NCBI GenBank assembly: GCA_045533905.1
Contig: JAZSIR010000001.1
Location: forward strand, 7,617-71,616
Reading direction: 5' to 3'
Length of the DNA: 64,000 nt
Source of the DNA: Clostridia bacterium
Lineage (GTDB): Bacteria; Bacillota; Clostridia; UMGS1883; UMGS1540
Shown: positions 18,960-27,575 of the stretch, in pieces
Layout of the letters: every line of letters starts with the position of its first letter
Position numbering within the stretch: the first letter of the stretch is position 1
The notes under the pieces: model-generated
Told to the model about the DNA's origin: nothing
What the model saw: the letters and a program-made list of their open reading frames with translations, nothing else
Database searches by the model: none
Program-made: the position numbers and the translations under genes

Positions 18960-19051
18960 TCTTTTAGTTTTTGTTTAATATTTGTCTGGATATATTAAGT
19001 TATTTGTGGTATTGTTGTCTTGAAAAAAATATGGAAAGGAGTGTGAGGCTG

Positions 19052-20593
19052 ATGTCAGAAGTAATTGTTATCCAAGGAAATCATACAAAAAACGAACCTG
19101 TGTTAAAGCGAGTATCCGCTTATGCCAGAGTAAGCTCTGCTTCAGACGAACAGCAATACTCCTTCCATAATCAGGTTCAGCACTTTACAAGCTTGATACA
19201 GGGAAATCCCGATTGGAAATATGTAGACATATATGCCGATGAAGGTGTAACCGGCACAAGAGAGGACAAACGCAGTGAATTCAACCGAATGATAAGAGAT
19301 GCCGAGGATGGACTGATGGACATTATCATTACAAAATCAGTCTCACGCTTCGGCAGAAATGTTTCAGAGTGCCTAAGAACAGTAAAACATCTCAAGGATA
19401 TTGGAGTTACCGTGATATTCGAAGAGGAAGGTCTTGATTCGGGAAAGCCTGCTGACTTTACAATGATATCTGTAAAAGCAGCAATGGCAGAACAGGAATC
19501 AATCTCTACTGCTGAGAACGGCAGAATGGCAAACCGCCAGAGAATGAAGATGGGTACATTTGTTCAAAGCAATCCTCCAATCGGTTATACATTAAACGGC
19601 ACGGAATTCGAGGTTAACGAGGAACAAGCCGATGTTATCAAACGAATATTTGCCGAATACCTGTCAGGAAGTGGTACAAGCAAAATTGCCGATGGGCTTA
19701 TGAAAGATAAAATTCCCAATAAGTATGGCAAGGTGCATTGGACACCGCAAAGTGTCAGCTATATCATAAATAACCCAAGATACAAAGGCGGTGCCCTGTT
19801 CCAGAAATCCTTTAAGACAGGATTTCCGTATAAGAAAAAGAAGAACACAGGCGAACTGCCGATGTATTATGCAGAGGATGCCAATATCCCCATAGTAAGT
19901 GCAGAAGACTTTGACAAAGCAGCCGAGCTTATGCAGACAAGGCGTGAAAAGCATGCCCAGGAAAACAACGAGAATGCAAGTATCTTTGCAAAGAAGATAT
20001 ATTGCAGGCACTGCGGTTCCACTTATCGATATAAAAATGGTACAGATACATGGGTATGCAGAACACACGATAAAGGCACAGACAAATGTCAGGCAATGCC
20101 TGTAAGCGAAGAAATGCTTAAAAAGGCATTTGTTCAAATGTATAATAAGCTGAAAGCAAATTATGAGCATATCCTTCTCCCGTTCTTAACACAGGTAGAG
20201 GCTATGAAGATAAACAAGGCAGAGCAAGATAGAATTGCTGATATCAACATGCAAATAGCACAGAATACAGAGCAGGTTTTATCGCTCCGAAGACTAAAGA
20301 GTCAGGAGCTGATAGAGCCTGCTTTCTATATTCAGGAGCTTAACCGCTTTGATAAGCAAACAATGGAACTTCGGAAAAAGAAAAATGCCATACTGCACAA
20401 CAACCGATATGATGACATTATCTCAAAGACCAGAAAAATCATAAGAGAAATGGAATCGGCTTGTGCAATAGGCAAATTCGATGCTGATAGCTTCAAAAAT
20501 CTTGTAAGCAGAATTGAAGCAGATAATGAAATAATAACCTTTATCCTCATAAACGGAATGGGGCTTGAGGTTAGCAAAAAGGAGGTGTTATAA
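19052..20593 (+). CDS. Large serine recombinase (resolvase catalytic domain, recombinase domain, zinc ribbon, coiled coil).
   Basis: Catalytic motif AYARVSSASDEQ and the resolvase core (DVYADEGVTGT..SRFGRN). The ORF track begins at 18971. A start at 19052 (MSEVIV) or 19031 is likelier; the upstream extension is AT-rich and lacks an RBS. Confidence 0.85.
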   Translation: MSEVIVIQGNHTKNEPVLKRVSAYARVSSASDEQQYSFHNQVQHFTSLIQGNPDWKYVDIYADEGVTGTREDKRSEFNRMIRDAEDGLMDIIITKSVSRFGRNVSECLRTVKHLKDIGVTVIFEEEGLDSGKPADFTMISVKAAMAEQESISTAENGRMANRQRMKMGTFVQSNPPIGYTLNGTEFEVNEEQADVIKRIFAEYLSGSGTSKIADGLMKDKIPNKYGKVHWTPQSVSYIINNPRYKGGALFQKSFKTGFPYKKKKNTGELPMYYAEDANIPIVSAEDFDKAAELMQTRREKHAQENNENASIFAKKIYCRHCGSTYRYKNGTDTWVCRTHDKGTDKCQAMPVSEEMLKKAFVQMYNKLKANYEHILLPFLTQVEAMKINKAEQDRIADINMQIAQNTEQVLSLRRLKSQELIEPAFYIQELNRFDKQTMELRKKKNAILHNNRYDDIISKTRKIIREMESACAIGKFDADSFKNLVSRIEADNEIITFILINGMGLEVSKKEVL

Positions 20594-21457
20594 ATGGCAA
20601 ACCGTTACCTTGCATTCGGCTACAAAATAGCTGACGGCAAACTTTGTGTTGAAGAAACTGAGGCAGAACTTGTAAAGGCGACCTTTACACTGTATGCGGC
20701 AGGAAAATCCTACAGCCAAATTGCTGAAAGATTTACCTTAAGCGGAATCAGATACAACATTGATTTTGACAAATGGAATAAAAATATGGTAAAGCGGATA
20801 ATTGAAAACGATAAATATATCGGCAGGAACGGTTATCCGCAAATCATAGAAGAAAAGCTCTATAACAAGGCGAACAAGACAAGAATTTCAAAAGTCATAA
20901 ATAAACCGCCTGAAAAAGCAGAGCTTGACAACTTCCTTCGGTCTCATTCGGAATGCCCGGTTTGCAGCTCCCCGATAAAAAGGCAGAATCAATGCTACGG
21001 CGAGAATAGGTCTGTGGCATATAAATGTACCAATTCTGTATGCCCGGCGAAATCTGTTAAAGAGAATCGACTTGTAAATCTCATAACGGAATTGCTTAAC
21101 GAAATTGCAAATGATTTAAGTCTTGCAGATGAACCTGTTATAACCGCAATTCCCGATGATGAACTGACAGACGATATGGCAAACGATATCTACATAAAAA
21201 TGCTGACGGAATACGATAAGGATGAAGTGCTTGCAGACATATATGAGCTTGCAAAATTCAAATTCCGAAACAGTATCAAAACAGATATGAGTGCAGTTAC
21301 AGAAAGAATAAAAAAAGAGCTTTGCAAGTATGGGATACTTACAGAGCCTCATCTTCCGCTTATGCAGAAAATTATATCAAAATTCTATGTAGGCGGTCAG
21401 GAAGAGCTTTCTATACTGCTTACCAATGGAAAATTAATAACAAGGAGTGTGAATTAA
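20594..21457 (+). CDS. Recombinase-domain / zinc-ribbon protein that lacks the N-terminal serine-recombinase catalytic domain.
   Basis: Recombinase-domain signature (YLAFGYKIADGKLCVEETEAELVKATFTLYAAGKSYSQIAE) and a Cys ribbon (CPVCSSP..C..CTNSVCPAK). It has its own AAGGAGGTG RBS and is not a frameshifted continuation of the upstream gene. Confidence 0.7.
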   Translation: MANRYLAFGYKIADGKLCVEETEAELVKATFTLYAAGKSYSQIAERFTLSGIRYNIDFDKWNKNMVKRIIENDKYIGRNGYPQIIEEKLYNKANKTRISKVINKPPEKAELDNFLRSHSECPVCSSPIKRQNQCYGENRSVAYKCTNSVCPAKSVKENRLVNLITELLNEIANDLSLADEPVITAIPDDELTDDMANDIYIKMLTEYDKDEVLADIYELAKFKFRNSIKTDMSAVTERIKKELCKYGILTEPHLPLMQKIISKFYVGGQEELSILLTNGKLITRSVN

Positions 21458-21459
21458 AG

Positions 21460-23064
21460 ATGGCAAATGTAATCGAAATACCTGCAACAAAATCATATTT
21501 CGGGCATAGTGCAAAGCGAGTCCTGAATGTGGGTGCTTATGCGAGAGTCAGCACCGAGGCGGAGCAACAAGCAAAAAGCTTTGAAACTCAGGTTGAACAC
21601 TATACCAAACTGATCAAAGAAACTACCGGTTGGAAATTTGTAGATGTATATGGCGATGAAGGTATCAGCGGAACCTCTATATACAACCGACCAGAGTTTC
21701 AGAGAATGATGAATGATTGCAGAAAAGGCAGGCTGGACTTAATAATAATTAAATCAGTATCAAGATTCGGCAGAAATTCCGCCGAGAGCTTACAATGTAT
21801 CAGAGAACTTAAGGATTTAGGTGTCGGAGTAATATTTGAAAAGGAAGGTATCAATACCCTCAACTATACGACCGAGATGTTCATTGCACTGCATACCATA
21901 TTCGCTCAATCCGAAAGTGAGTCGATGAGTGAAAATATAAAAATGGGCAGAAGTTACAGATACCGTGAGGGTAAGTGCTGCTATAACTTTAACGGAGTAT
22001 ACGGCTTCAGTCAGGACGATGAAAAAAACATATCAGTGGAAATCGGCAAAGCAATCAATGTCAGGTTCATCTTCGACTGCTTCATAAAAGGTATGAGCAT
22101 AGAACAAATTGTCAATGCACTTGCCGAAAGAGAAATCCCCTCTCCGAGAGGTAAAGAAAGATGGTCGCCCGGCTCAGTGGAAAGAATACTTAAGAATGAA
22201 AAATATGCAGGTGATGTTCTGACCTCAAAGACATTAACTCTTGATCCAATCTCAAAGAAAAAGGTAAAGAACACAGGTCAGGCTCCGCAGTATTATATCA
22301 GAGACCATCATCCGCCAATCGTAGAACGAGAACTGTTCGACAGTGTACAAGAGGAAATTAGCCGACGTGGATGTATCAAAAAGTTTGATAAAAAACAAAG
22401 CTATGGAAAATACAGCGGGAAATTTCCTTACAATGACTTAATATTCTGTGGTGAGTGCGGTGCCAAATACAGACGAACAGAATGGAAAACCCGTAGCGGT
22501 GATAAGAAATATGTGTGGCGATGCCTGAACAGAATTCAGAACGGACAAGATTGCTGTAAGAATTCTCCTTCCATCAACAATAACTTTATGAATGAGGTTA
22601 CGCTCGAAGCTATCAATGCGATATACACAAGTAGAAAAAGAGTAAAGGACATATTAAAAAGCTCAATCGCCTCTCTACTCGGGGATACCGAACAGCCAAA
22701 GATAAGTGCAAATATGGAAAAGCTTAATCTAATGAGCGACAGAATGCGTGAGGCTATATACCAAAATGCTAACGGTGAAATATCAACGGACGAGCTTGAC
22801 AGAATATGTCTGGAAGTAAAGATGGAATCGCAAAGACTGCGTCAAGAGAATAAGGAATATGAGATGGAGAGAAAGATGAAATCAACCGAGTCATCTAAGC
22901 TGAAGCTTATCTTCAAAGCCATTGATGGTATGGAAGATAAGGTGAGCGAGATTGATACACCTCTCATTCGAAGCATCATCGAAAGATACGAGGTTGTGTC
23001 AAAGAAAAAGATGATCATATGGTTCATCGGCGACATACCTTATGAGGTTGACCTACCGAAATAA
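21460..23064 (+). CDS. Large serine recombinase.
   Basis: AYARVSTEAEQQ, then VYGDEGISGT..SRFGRN, plus the recombinase domain and zinc ribbon. The start at 21460 follows an AAGGAG RBS. The ORF track's 21322 start overlaps the upstream gene. Confidence 0.85.
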   Translation: MANVIEIPATKSYFGHSAKRVLNVGAYARVSTEAEQQAKSFETQVEHYTKLIKETTGWKFVDVYGDEGISGTSIYNRPEFQRMMNDCRKGRLDLIIIKSVSRFGRNSAESLQCIRELKDLGVGVIFEKEGINTLNYTTEMFIALHTIFAQSESESMSENIKMGRSYRYREGKCCYNFNGVYGFSQDDEKNISVEIGKAINVRFIFDCFIKGMSIEQIVNALAEREIPSPRGKERWSPGSVERILKNEKYAGDVLTSKTLTLDPISKKKVKNTGQAPQYYIRDHHPPIVERELFDSVQEEISRRGCIKKFDKKQSYGKYSGKFPYNDLIFCGECGAKYRRTEWKTRSGDKKYVWRCLNRIQNGQDCCKNSPSINNNFMNEVTLEAINAIYTSRKRVKDILKSSIASLLGDTEQPKISANMEKLNLMSDRMREAIYQNANGEISTDELDRICLEVKMESQRLRQENKEYEMERKMKSTESSKLKLIFKAIDGMEDKVSEIDTPLIRSIIERYEVVSKKKMIIWFIGDIPYEVDLPK

Positions 23065-23074
23065 CGGCAGGTCC

Positions 23075-23106
23075 TTTTTACAAGAAATTTTCAAAAAGGC
23101 CTTGTA
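23075..23106. repeat. Imperfect inverted repeat downstream of the last recombinase gene. Candidate recombinase binding or att site.
   Basis: tttacaag..(16 nt)..cttgtaaa. A further cttgtaaa-like copy and a 10-bp perfect palindrome (gaataaatct / agatttattc) lie at about 23127-23155. Confidence 0.35.
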
Positions 23107-23246
23107 AAAAATATAGTTTTATGGTAGAATAAATCTTGTAAAAGAGATTTATTCTGCCTTTGGAATTGATAAGGGTAAAACCTTGAAACCCGCTTGAAAT
23201 CAAGCAAAAATTAATGTGGCAGTAAAATCATATCGTTCTTACACGT

Positions 23247-23280
23247 CGGAGCAAAGTACGCTTTGCTCCGTTTTTCTTTT
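23247..23280 (+). terminator. Rho-independent terminator.
   Basis: ggagcaaag-tacg-ctttgctcc stem followed by TTTTTCTTTT. Confidence 0.65.
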
Positions 23281-23432
23281 ATAAGAAAAACATTCGCCTA
23301 CTTCCTCTCCCCTCCTTTTCGCAAAAGGTCACGTTCAAGTCGGCTATTCGCTTGTAAACGCGCTCATAACGCCTTTTTTCACTACCAACCTTTTGCGAGT
23401 GTGCCTTCGGCACGATCTGTATTGTTATGTAT

Positions 23433-23470
23433 AAAAAGGGCAGATTTTATAGAAATCTGCCCTTTTTCTT
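23433..23470. terminator. Bidirectional hairpin terminator at the 3' end of the polyvalent-protein gene.
   Basis: A-run, then gggcagattt-tata-gaaatctgccc, then T-run. Confidence 0.6.
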
Positions 23471-23509
23471 ATTTTTCTATTTGCTTTTTCACAAGGCTTT
23501 CGTCCCATC
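23469..23509. repeat. Direct repeat copy A. Duplicate of the 3' end of the acyl-CoA synthetase gene.
   Basis: About 87% identical over about 40 nt to 27576-27616. Both copies encode ESLVKKQIEK-stop, and all four differences are synonymous. Confidence 0.7.
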
Positions 23510-26500
23510 CATATTCTTTAATATATGTATCTGCCTCTTTTAGGGCCTTTTTGTCTGTGTAGGCATCATACGAGAAGATACCGTCCTCGACCATTTTCTC
23601 AATCGTCGGTAGCGCTTCGTCAGGGGTTGCCTTGGCTTCAAGGATTGTGCGAACGGTCTGCGATACTTTCTTGTTTTTTCCTGTTTTCTGAGGCACTTGT
23701 ATGTCTCTGTGCGGTTTTTCTCCGCTTGGGATTGCGCCGTACCTTTCTATAAGCTCGTTGTAAAGTTCAGTACTTACGTGCCCTTTCTCTACATACTTTG
23801 CCAACTTGCGTTTGGCGGCCTCGTCCCCTTTTTGCAAGCCTTGAATGGTGGCAACATATTCCCTCTCCGAGAGCATGCCTTTGAGAGAAAAATCACTCTT
23901 GACTTTTTGTTCGGGATGTGCTACACTCTTGTTAAGGTCAGCACTTGTGTGCCCTGCCTCAGCATCTGTATTGATGCTTGCAGGGAAAGTGTTGGCCGTT
24001 TCTTTTTCCCAAACCCTGTGCACCCAGAATTTGTTTTTCTGCGGTGATTTTTTAATATCTAGGCGGATGGTAACGTCTTTTCCGTCGACCTCCAGCGTAT
24101 GCTCGATGTACGCAAATTTTTTATTATCGCTGTTTCCGTATTGGTTTTGAACATTATCAGCAACAAGACGTCCTTTCTCGATGATTTCTGGTAATCTCCT
24201 TATCGTAGCAAGCTTTGTAATTTTCTTATTCTTACCGAGACGTGCATAATTTTTCAAATTAAATGTCTCGTCGATTCCGCTTTTATTTGTTTCAATAATC
24301 ATACCGGAATCTTCGTTGACGTCTACTCTTTTTCGCTTCTCGGTATCTGTAAAAAAGTTTTCCCCGAGAAGAGTTTTTAGCACTTGTCTTTGCACGTGAA
24401 TGTAATCCCCAGGCGCGTCAATCCCAAAACTTTCAAAGGTGCTTTTAACAAACTCGTCCGAATAGTTGCTCTCACGCCTCGCGGGGACGCTTTCAACCGC
24501 TTTTATATAGTCGGAGTCTTTGAGAGAAAAATCACTCTTGACAATTTTTTGGGGGTGTGATATATTATCCCTAGAGTAGTTCTCTTTAACGTCTTGGACG
24601 TACGCCTTGCGGATTTCATGCAAATCAGCGAGATATTGAGAACTACTCTGTTTTTTATGTATAGCATCAATCAAGCCATACAGGTTTGGAATACTATCTA
24701 TCCCCGTTTTTACCATTTGCTTGTTAATAAGAAGTTTTTCTCTGTTATATTCCGTTGTTATTGCTTCGACATAATAAATCACATCACCCGGCATTACTTT
24801 TACATAAATCAAACCCGGATCACCATTTGCGTTTGTTTTGTAAAATACTTTATCGTAATTTTCAACAATATACGGAATTAGCTCAACATCTGCTTCGGTA
24901 ACAGGGTATTTTTCATTTGTTTTTTTGCCGTGGGAGTTCTTGATATGCCGAATATCATTATCGCGCAACGCATGAGAATAACCCGATATATCCACATCAG
25001 AAGATACTTCATTTATCAAATCCCTTCCAACCTTTAGGAATTTAATGTAAGATTTTTCATTATCGTTTAGATAGGCTTTTTCTATGTACCGGTTGATGTC
25101 AGATTGCGTAACCTCAAAATCAAACACTTTATCCGCATATCCTAATGTCTTCAAGGAAAAGTCCACACCGCCCTCTGGAGCGGTGTTCTTTTGTCCGTCT
25201 ATTCTCTTGAGTGAATAGCTCTTTTCTTCCGATTCTCTGAAGAGATTTTCGAGGACATTTCTAAAAGCTCGGCTTCCGTTGCGTTGGGATTGTCTCGGCA
25301 AAACTCCAACATTTTGATTGTGTCTTCCGCCTCCCAGGTTTCGAAGATTATTTTGACTACTGTTGACATTTTGCAACCAACTTCCTTGAGATACCCTTTG
25401 AGCAAAACTTGGTTTTCCGTTAATACCCTTGCCATCTTCTTCGTCCTCCAATAAATCAATTAAAATATCTAATTCAAAGCTTCCGTCATCGCCTTTTCTT
25501 TCGTAGAGGATTGTAGGATGTTCTGGGGTTTCCGTGCTGTATATGGCAAACAAAGCTTCTCCGTCAATTCTGCCTTTATACCAACATCCAACCGTATCTG
25601 CGATTCTTTTAGGTTCGTGATTCTCAACCTGCCGAATCCAGTCTTCCAGCATTTTGAACTGCGTTGCGTTCAAATCTGTGCGCCATTTTAACGAATAGCT
25701 TGTATTTCCATTATACTCCGCTCCCATGTTTTTTTCAAGAGTATCGGAGGAATTCTCTTTTTTGAGAGAAATTTCATTCTTGACAGAATTTGAATTTTGT
25801 GGTATATTGTCATTAGAAACACTATCCCGTGTAGCCTGTCTTTCGGCAGGCAATCTGGTCATTCTTTCGAGAAGACCAATCTCGGCGGTAGTGTTTTCTT
25901 CAATCCCAACAATATCGTATAGGTATTTGTTGCCATCAGAAGCATTCCTAATCAACAGCTCGACATCAAAAGCTCGTACCTTTGTTATCTTTCCTCGATT
26001 ATCTTTTATCGGGAAAGCAAAGGAATTAGCATAACGATACATACCATACTTCGCATCCTTATTATGTGTGTGCTGCGTCTTTTCCCACCTGCGATTCGTA
26101 GCTGTTTCTATCAATTCTCCAAAGCCGTCAACAGCTTTATTTTTACCTCTTGCGGCGGTGCGATTAACCCTACGGAGAAAAGTGGTGTACTTCGAATGCG
26201 TGTACTCTTGCGGCAAATCCTCGCCAATGTAGACCTTCTGCCCACTTTCTATAATCGTATAAACTTCGCCTATATGTTGTGCAATGTAGCCTGCAACAGC
26301 TTGATGGCTGTTTAATTGCTTGTTGGTCAGTCCACTTTCTTCAATCCATACAAAGCTCTTGCCATCAACATTTTTCAAGCTAAAGTCTACGCCGTCCTCT
26401 GTGTCGGTGTTTTTTTGTGCCTCTGCGGTCTGTTTAGTATGAGCCTTTGCTTCCACCGCCTTTTTGTTTTCCACAGCCTTTGCGACAGCAGTCTCAAACA

Positions 26501-27566
26501 TATCGCGAAGACTTGTGATTTCGTCAAGCTTTGGCTGAATCTTTGCTTTTTCTTTGGCGCTCTTGCCTGCAAGAAAATCACGAATTTTCCTAATCATCTC
26601 GGCAAGATACTCAATGTACTTCCGCAAGCCTTGCTTTGCCTTTTCGTCCGTGCCGTTGATGATGCTGTCAATAGCCTTATGGAATCGCGCCTCATCGTTG
26701 CCGTAAAGGTAGAGAATGTTGTTTGCAGAAACTTCTTCCATTGCCTTTGCAAGAGATATTTCCTCGCCCTGTGCGGCGTATGCACTTCGTTTTTGGTCTG
26801 CAACGGTAAATATAGACGGCTCATTGCCGGCAATGTGATTATACATCGCATACACAAACGCGCTGCCTTCTTCAGGGGCAAGGTCGACAACTCTATGCAG
26901 CGCTATTTCGTGCGCCGCATGGAAGACAATAGATACCTTCTGCCCGCCCACTTCTCTTTCAAAATCGAAGTCAATAGGCACTTCCCCCGTTTGCCTGTTG
27001 TACTCGGCGTTGCCTTTTAGGCCCTTTGCCATATACGCCTTTACGCCAAGTCCTTCTGCTAAAAGATTGAGCGTTGCAACCTCGCTTTGTTTAACATCGC
27101 TCGGCAGGTTTTCCGCAAGAACGCCGCTTTCCATATTTACAACTGCATTTCTAAACCTTTCTTTGGCGGCGAGGTCTTCCATTTTTCTGTCCATCTGCCC
27201 TGCCGTGAACGCATCTTCTTGTGCTTTGGATATAAATACGTCCTTGCCTTTTTTAACATTCAAGTCCGGTTGCTTAAAGCCTGTCATGTACGATGCCTTG
27301 ACCTCTTCCAGCACTTTGTTAAAGGTTGCCCCGTCTGCATTCGAATAATTGGCCACAAGTTTCGCCCCTTCCTCGCCAAACCCCGTGACCTTTCTTACCT
27401 CGTCGGCGGTTATCTCCACGCCGTTCTCGGTGAGGACATCTAGTGTTTCGCTGCTTACGATTCCTCTTCTGCGGTTTTCAAGAAGGGTGTAACCGTCTAC
27501 TCGATTTTTTCTACCGCGCCCATTGCCTTCCTTATACGCAAAAAGGCTGTGAAACCTAGGTTTCAC
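23469..27566 (-). CDS. Giant multi-module protein of the 'polyvalent protein' type found in conjugative elements and phages, with repeated module-boundary motifs and nuclease/toxin-like modules.
   Basis: 1365 aa with a GTG start. The D/Y-FSLK motif recurs four to six times (VDFSLKNVDG, VDFSLKTLGY, SDFSLKDSDY, SDFSLKGMLS, YSLKWRTD, YSLKRIDG). Between the recurrences are segments such as HALRDNDIRHIKNSHGK..VIYYVEAITTEY, with a small RNase/RelE-like flavour. No similarity to housekeeping families. It ends with the same 9 aa (SLVKKQIEK) as the adjacent synthetase. Confidence 0.55.
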   Translation of the reverse strand: MKPRFHSLFAYKEGNGRGRKNRVDGYTLLENRRRGIVSSETLDVLTENGVEITADEVRKVTGFGEEGAKLVANYSNADGATFNKVLEEVKASYMTGFKQPDLNVKKGKDVFISKAQEDAFTAGQMDRKMEDLAAKERFRNAVVNMESGVLAENLPSDVKQSEVATLNLLAEGLGVKAYMAKGLKGNAEYNRQTGEVPIDFDFEREVGGQKVSIVFHAAHEIALHRVVDLAPEEGSAFVYAMYNHIAGNEPSIFTVADQKRSAYAAQGEEISLAKAMEEVSANNILYLYGNDEARFHKAIDSIINGTDEKAKQGLRKYIEYLAEMIRKIRDFLAGKSAKEKAKIQPKLDEITSLRDMFETAVAKAVENKKAVEAKAHTKQTAEAQKNTDTEDGVDFSLKNVDGKSFVWIEESGLTNKQLNSHQAVAGYIAQHIGEVYTIIESGQKVYIGEDLPQEYTHSKYTTFLRRVNRTAARGKNKAVDGFGELIETATNRRWEKTQHTHNKDAKYGMYRYANSFAFPIKDNRGKITKVRAFDVELLIRNASDGNKYLYDIVGIEENTTAEIGLLERMTRLPAERQATRDSVSNDNIPQNSNSVKNEISLKKENSSDTLEKNMGAEYNGNTSYSLKWRTDLNATQFKMLEDWIRQVENHEPKRIADTVGCWYKGRIDGEALFAIYSTETPEHPTILYERKGDDGSFELDILIDLLEDEEDGKGINGKPSFAQRVSQGSWLQNVNSSQNNLRNLGGGRHNQNVGVLPRQSQRNGSRAFRNVLENLFRESEEKSYSLKRIDGQKNTAPEGGVDFSLKTLGYADKVFDFEVTQSDINRYIEKAYLNDNEKSYIKFLKVGRDLINEVSSDVDISGYSHALRDNDIRHIKNSHGKKTNEKYPVTEADVELIPYIVENYDKVFYKTNANGDPGLIYVKVMPGDVIYYVEAITTEYNREKLLINKQMVKTGIDSIPNLYGLIDAIHKKQSSSQYLADLHEIRKAYVQDVKENYSRDNISHPQKIVKSDFSLKDSDYIKAVESVPARRESNYSDEFVKSTFESFGIDAPGDYIHVQRQVLKTLLGENFFTDTEKRKRVDVNEDSGMIIETNKSGIDETFNLKNYARLGKNKKITKLATIRRLPEIIEKGRLVADNVQNQYGNSDNKKFAYIEHTLEVDGKDVTIRLDIKKSPQKNKFWVHRVWEKETANTFPASINTDAEAGHTSADLNKSVAHPEQKVKSDFSLKGMLSEREYVATIQGLQKGDEAAKRKLAKYVEKGHVSTELYNELIERYGAIPSGEKPHRDIQVPQKTGKNKKVSQTVRTILEAKATPDEALPTIEKMVEDGIFSYDAYTDKKALKEADTYIKEYGWDESLVKKQIEK
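27548..27565. repeat. Perfect 18-bp palindrome gtgaaacc-TA-ggtttcac at the island/synthetase junction, overlapping the polyvalent gene start.
   Basis: Self-complementary with a central TA dinucleotide. It encodes MKPRFH on both strands. Confidence 0.6.
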
Positions 27567-27575
27567 ATCCTTTTC

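Larger units (their letters stand above)
16650..27575. mobile_element. Putative integrated accessory island, possibly composite, abutting the 3' end of the acyl-CoA synthetase gene. The left boundary is uncertain.
   Basis: It shows a GC drop to about 38-48%, three serine-recombinase-family genes, a polyvalent-type giant protein and direct repeats of the target gene's 3' end at 23469-23509 and 27576-27616. A palindrome with a TA centre sits at the right junction. Confidence 0.45.

Noticed and set aside
16650-18990. Search for a third copy of the 40-bp synthetase-3'-end repeat, or of the junction palindrome, at the left side of the island
   Set aside because: Only a weak resemblance was found at 17397-17430, the C-terminus of the Cys-rich protein. 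It is not convincing, so the left boundary stays undefined.
18971-19051. N-terminal extensions of the recombinase and DUF1538 ORFs (ORF-track starts 18971, 21322, 44743, 41600)
   Set aside because: The upstream portions are AT-rich, lack an RBS, or overlap the preceding gene. Internal starts with good Shine-Dalgarno sequences give proteins that begin at the conserved domain.
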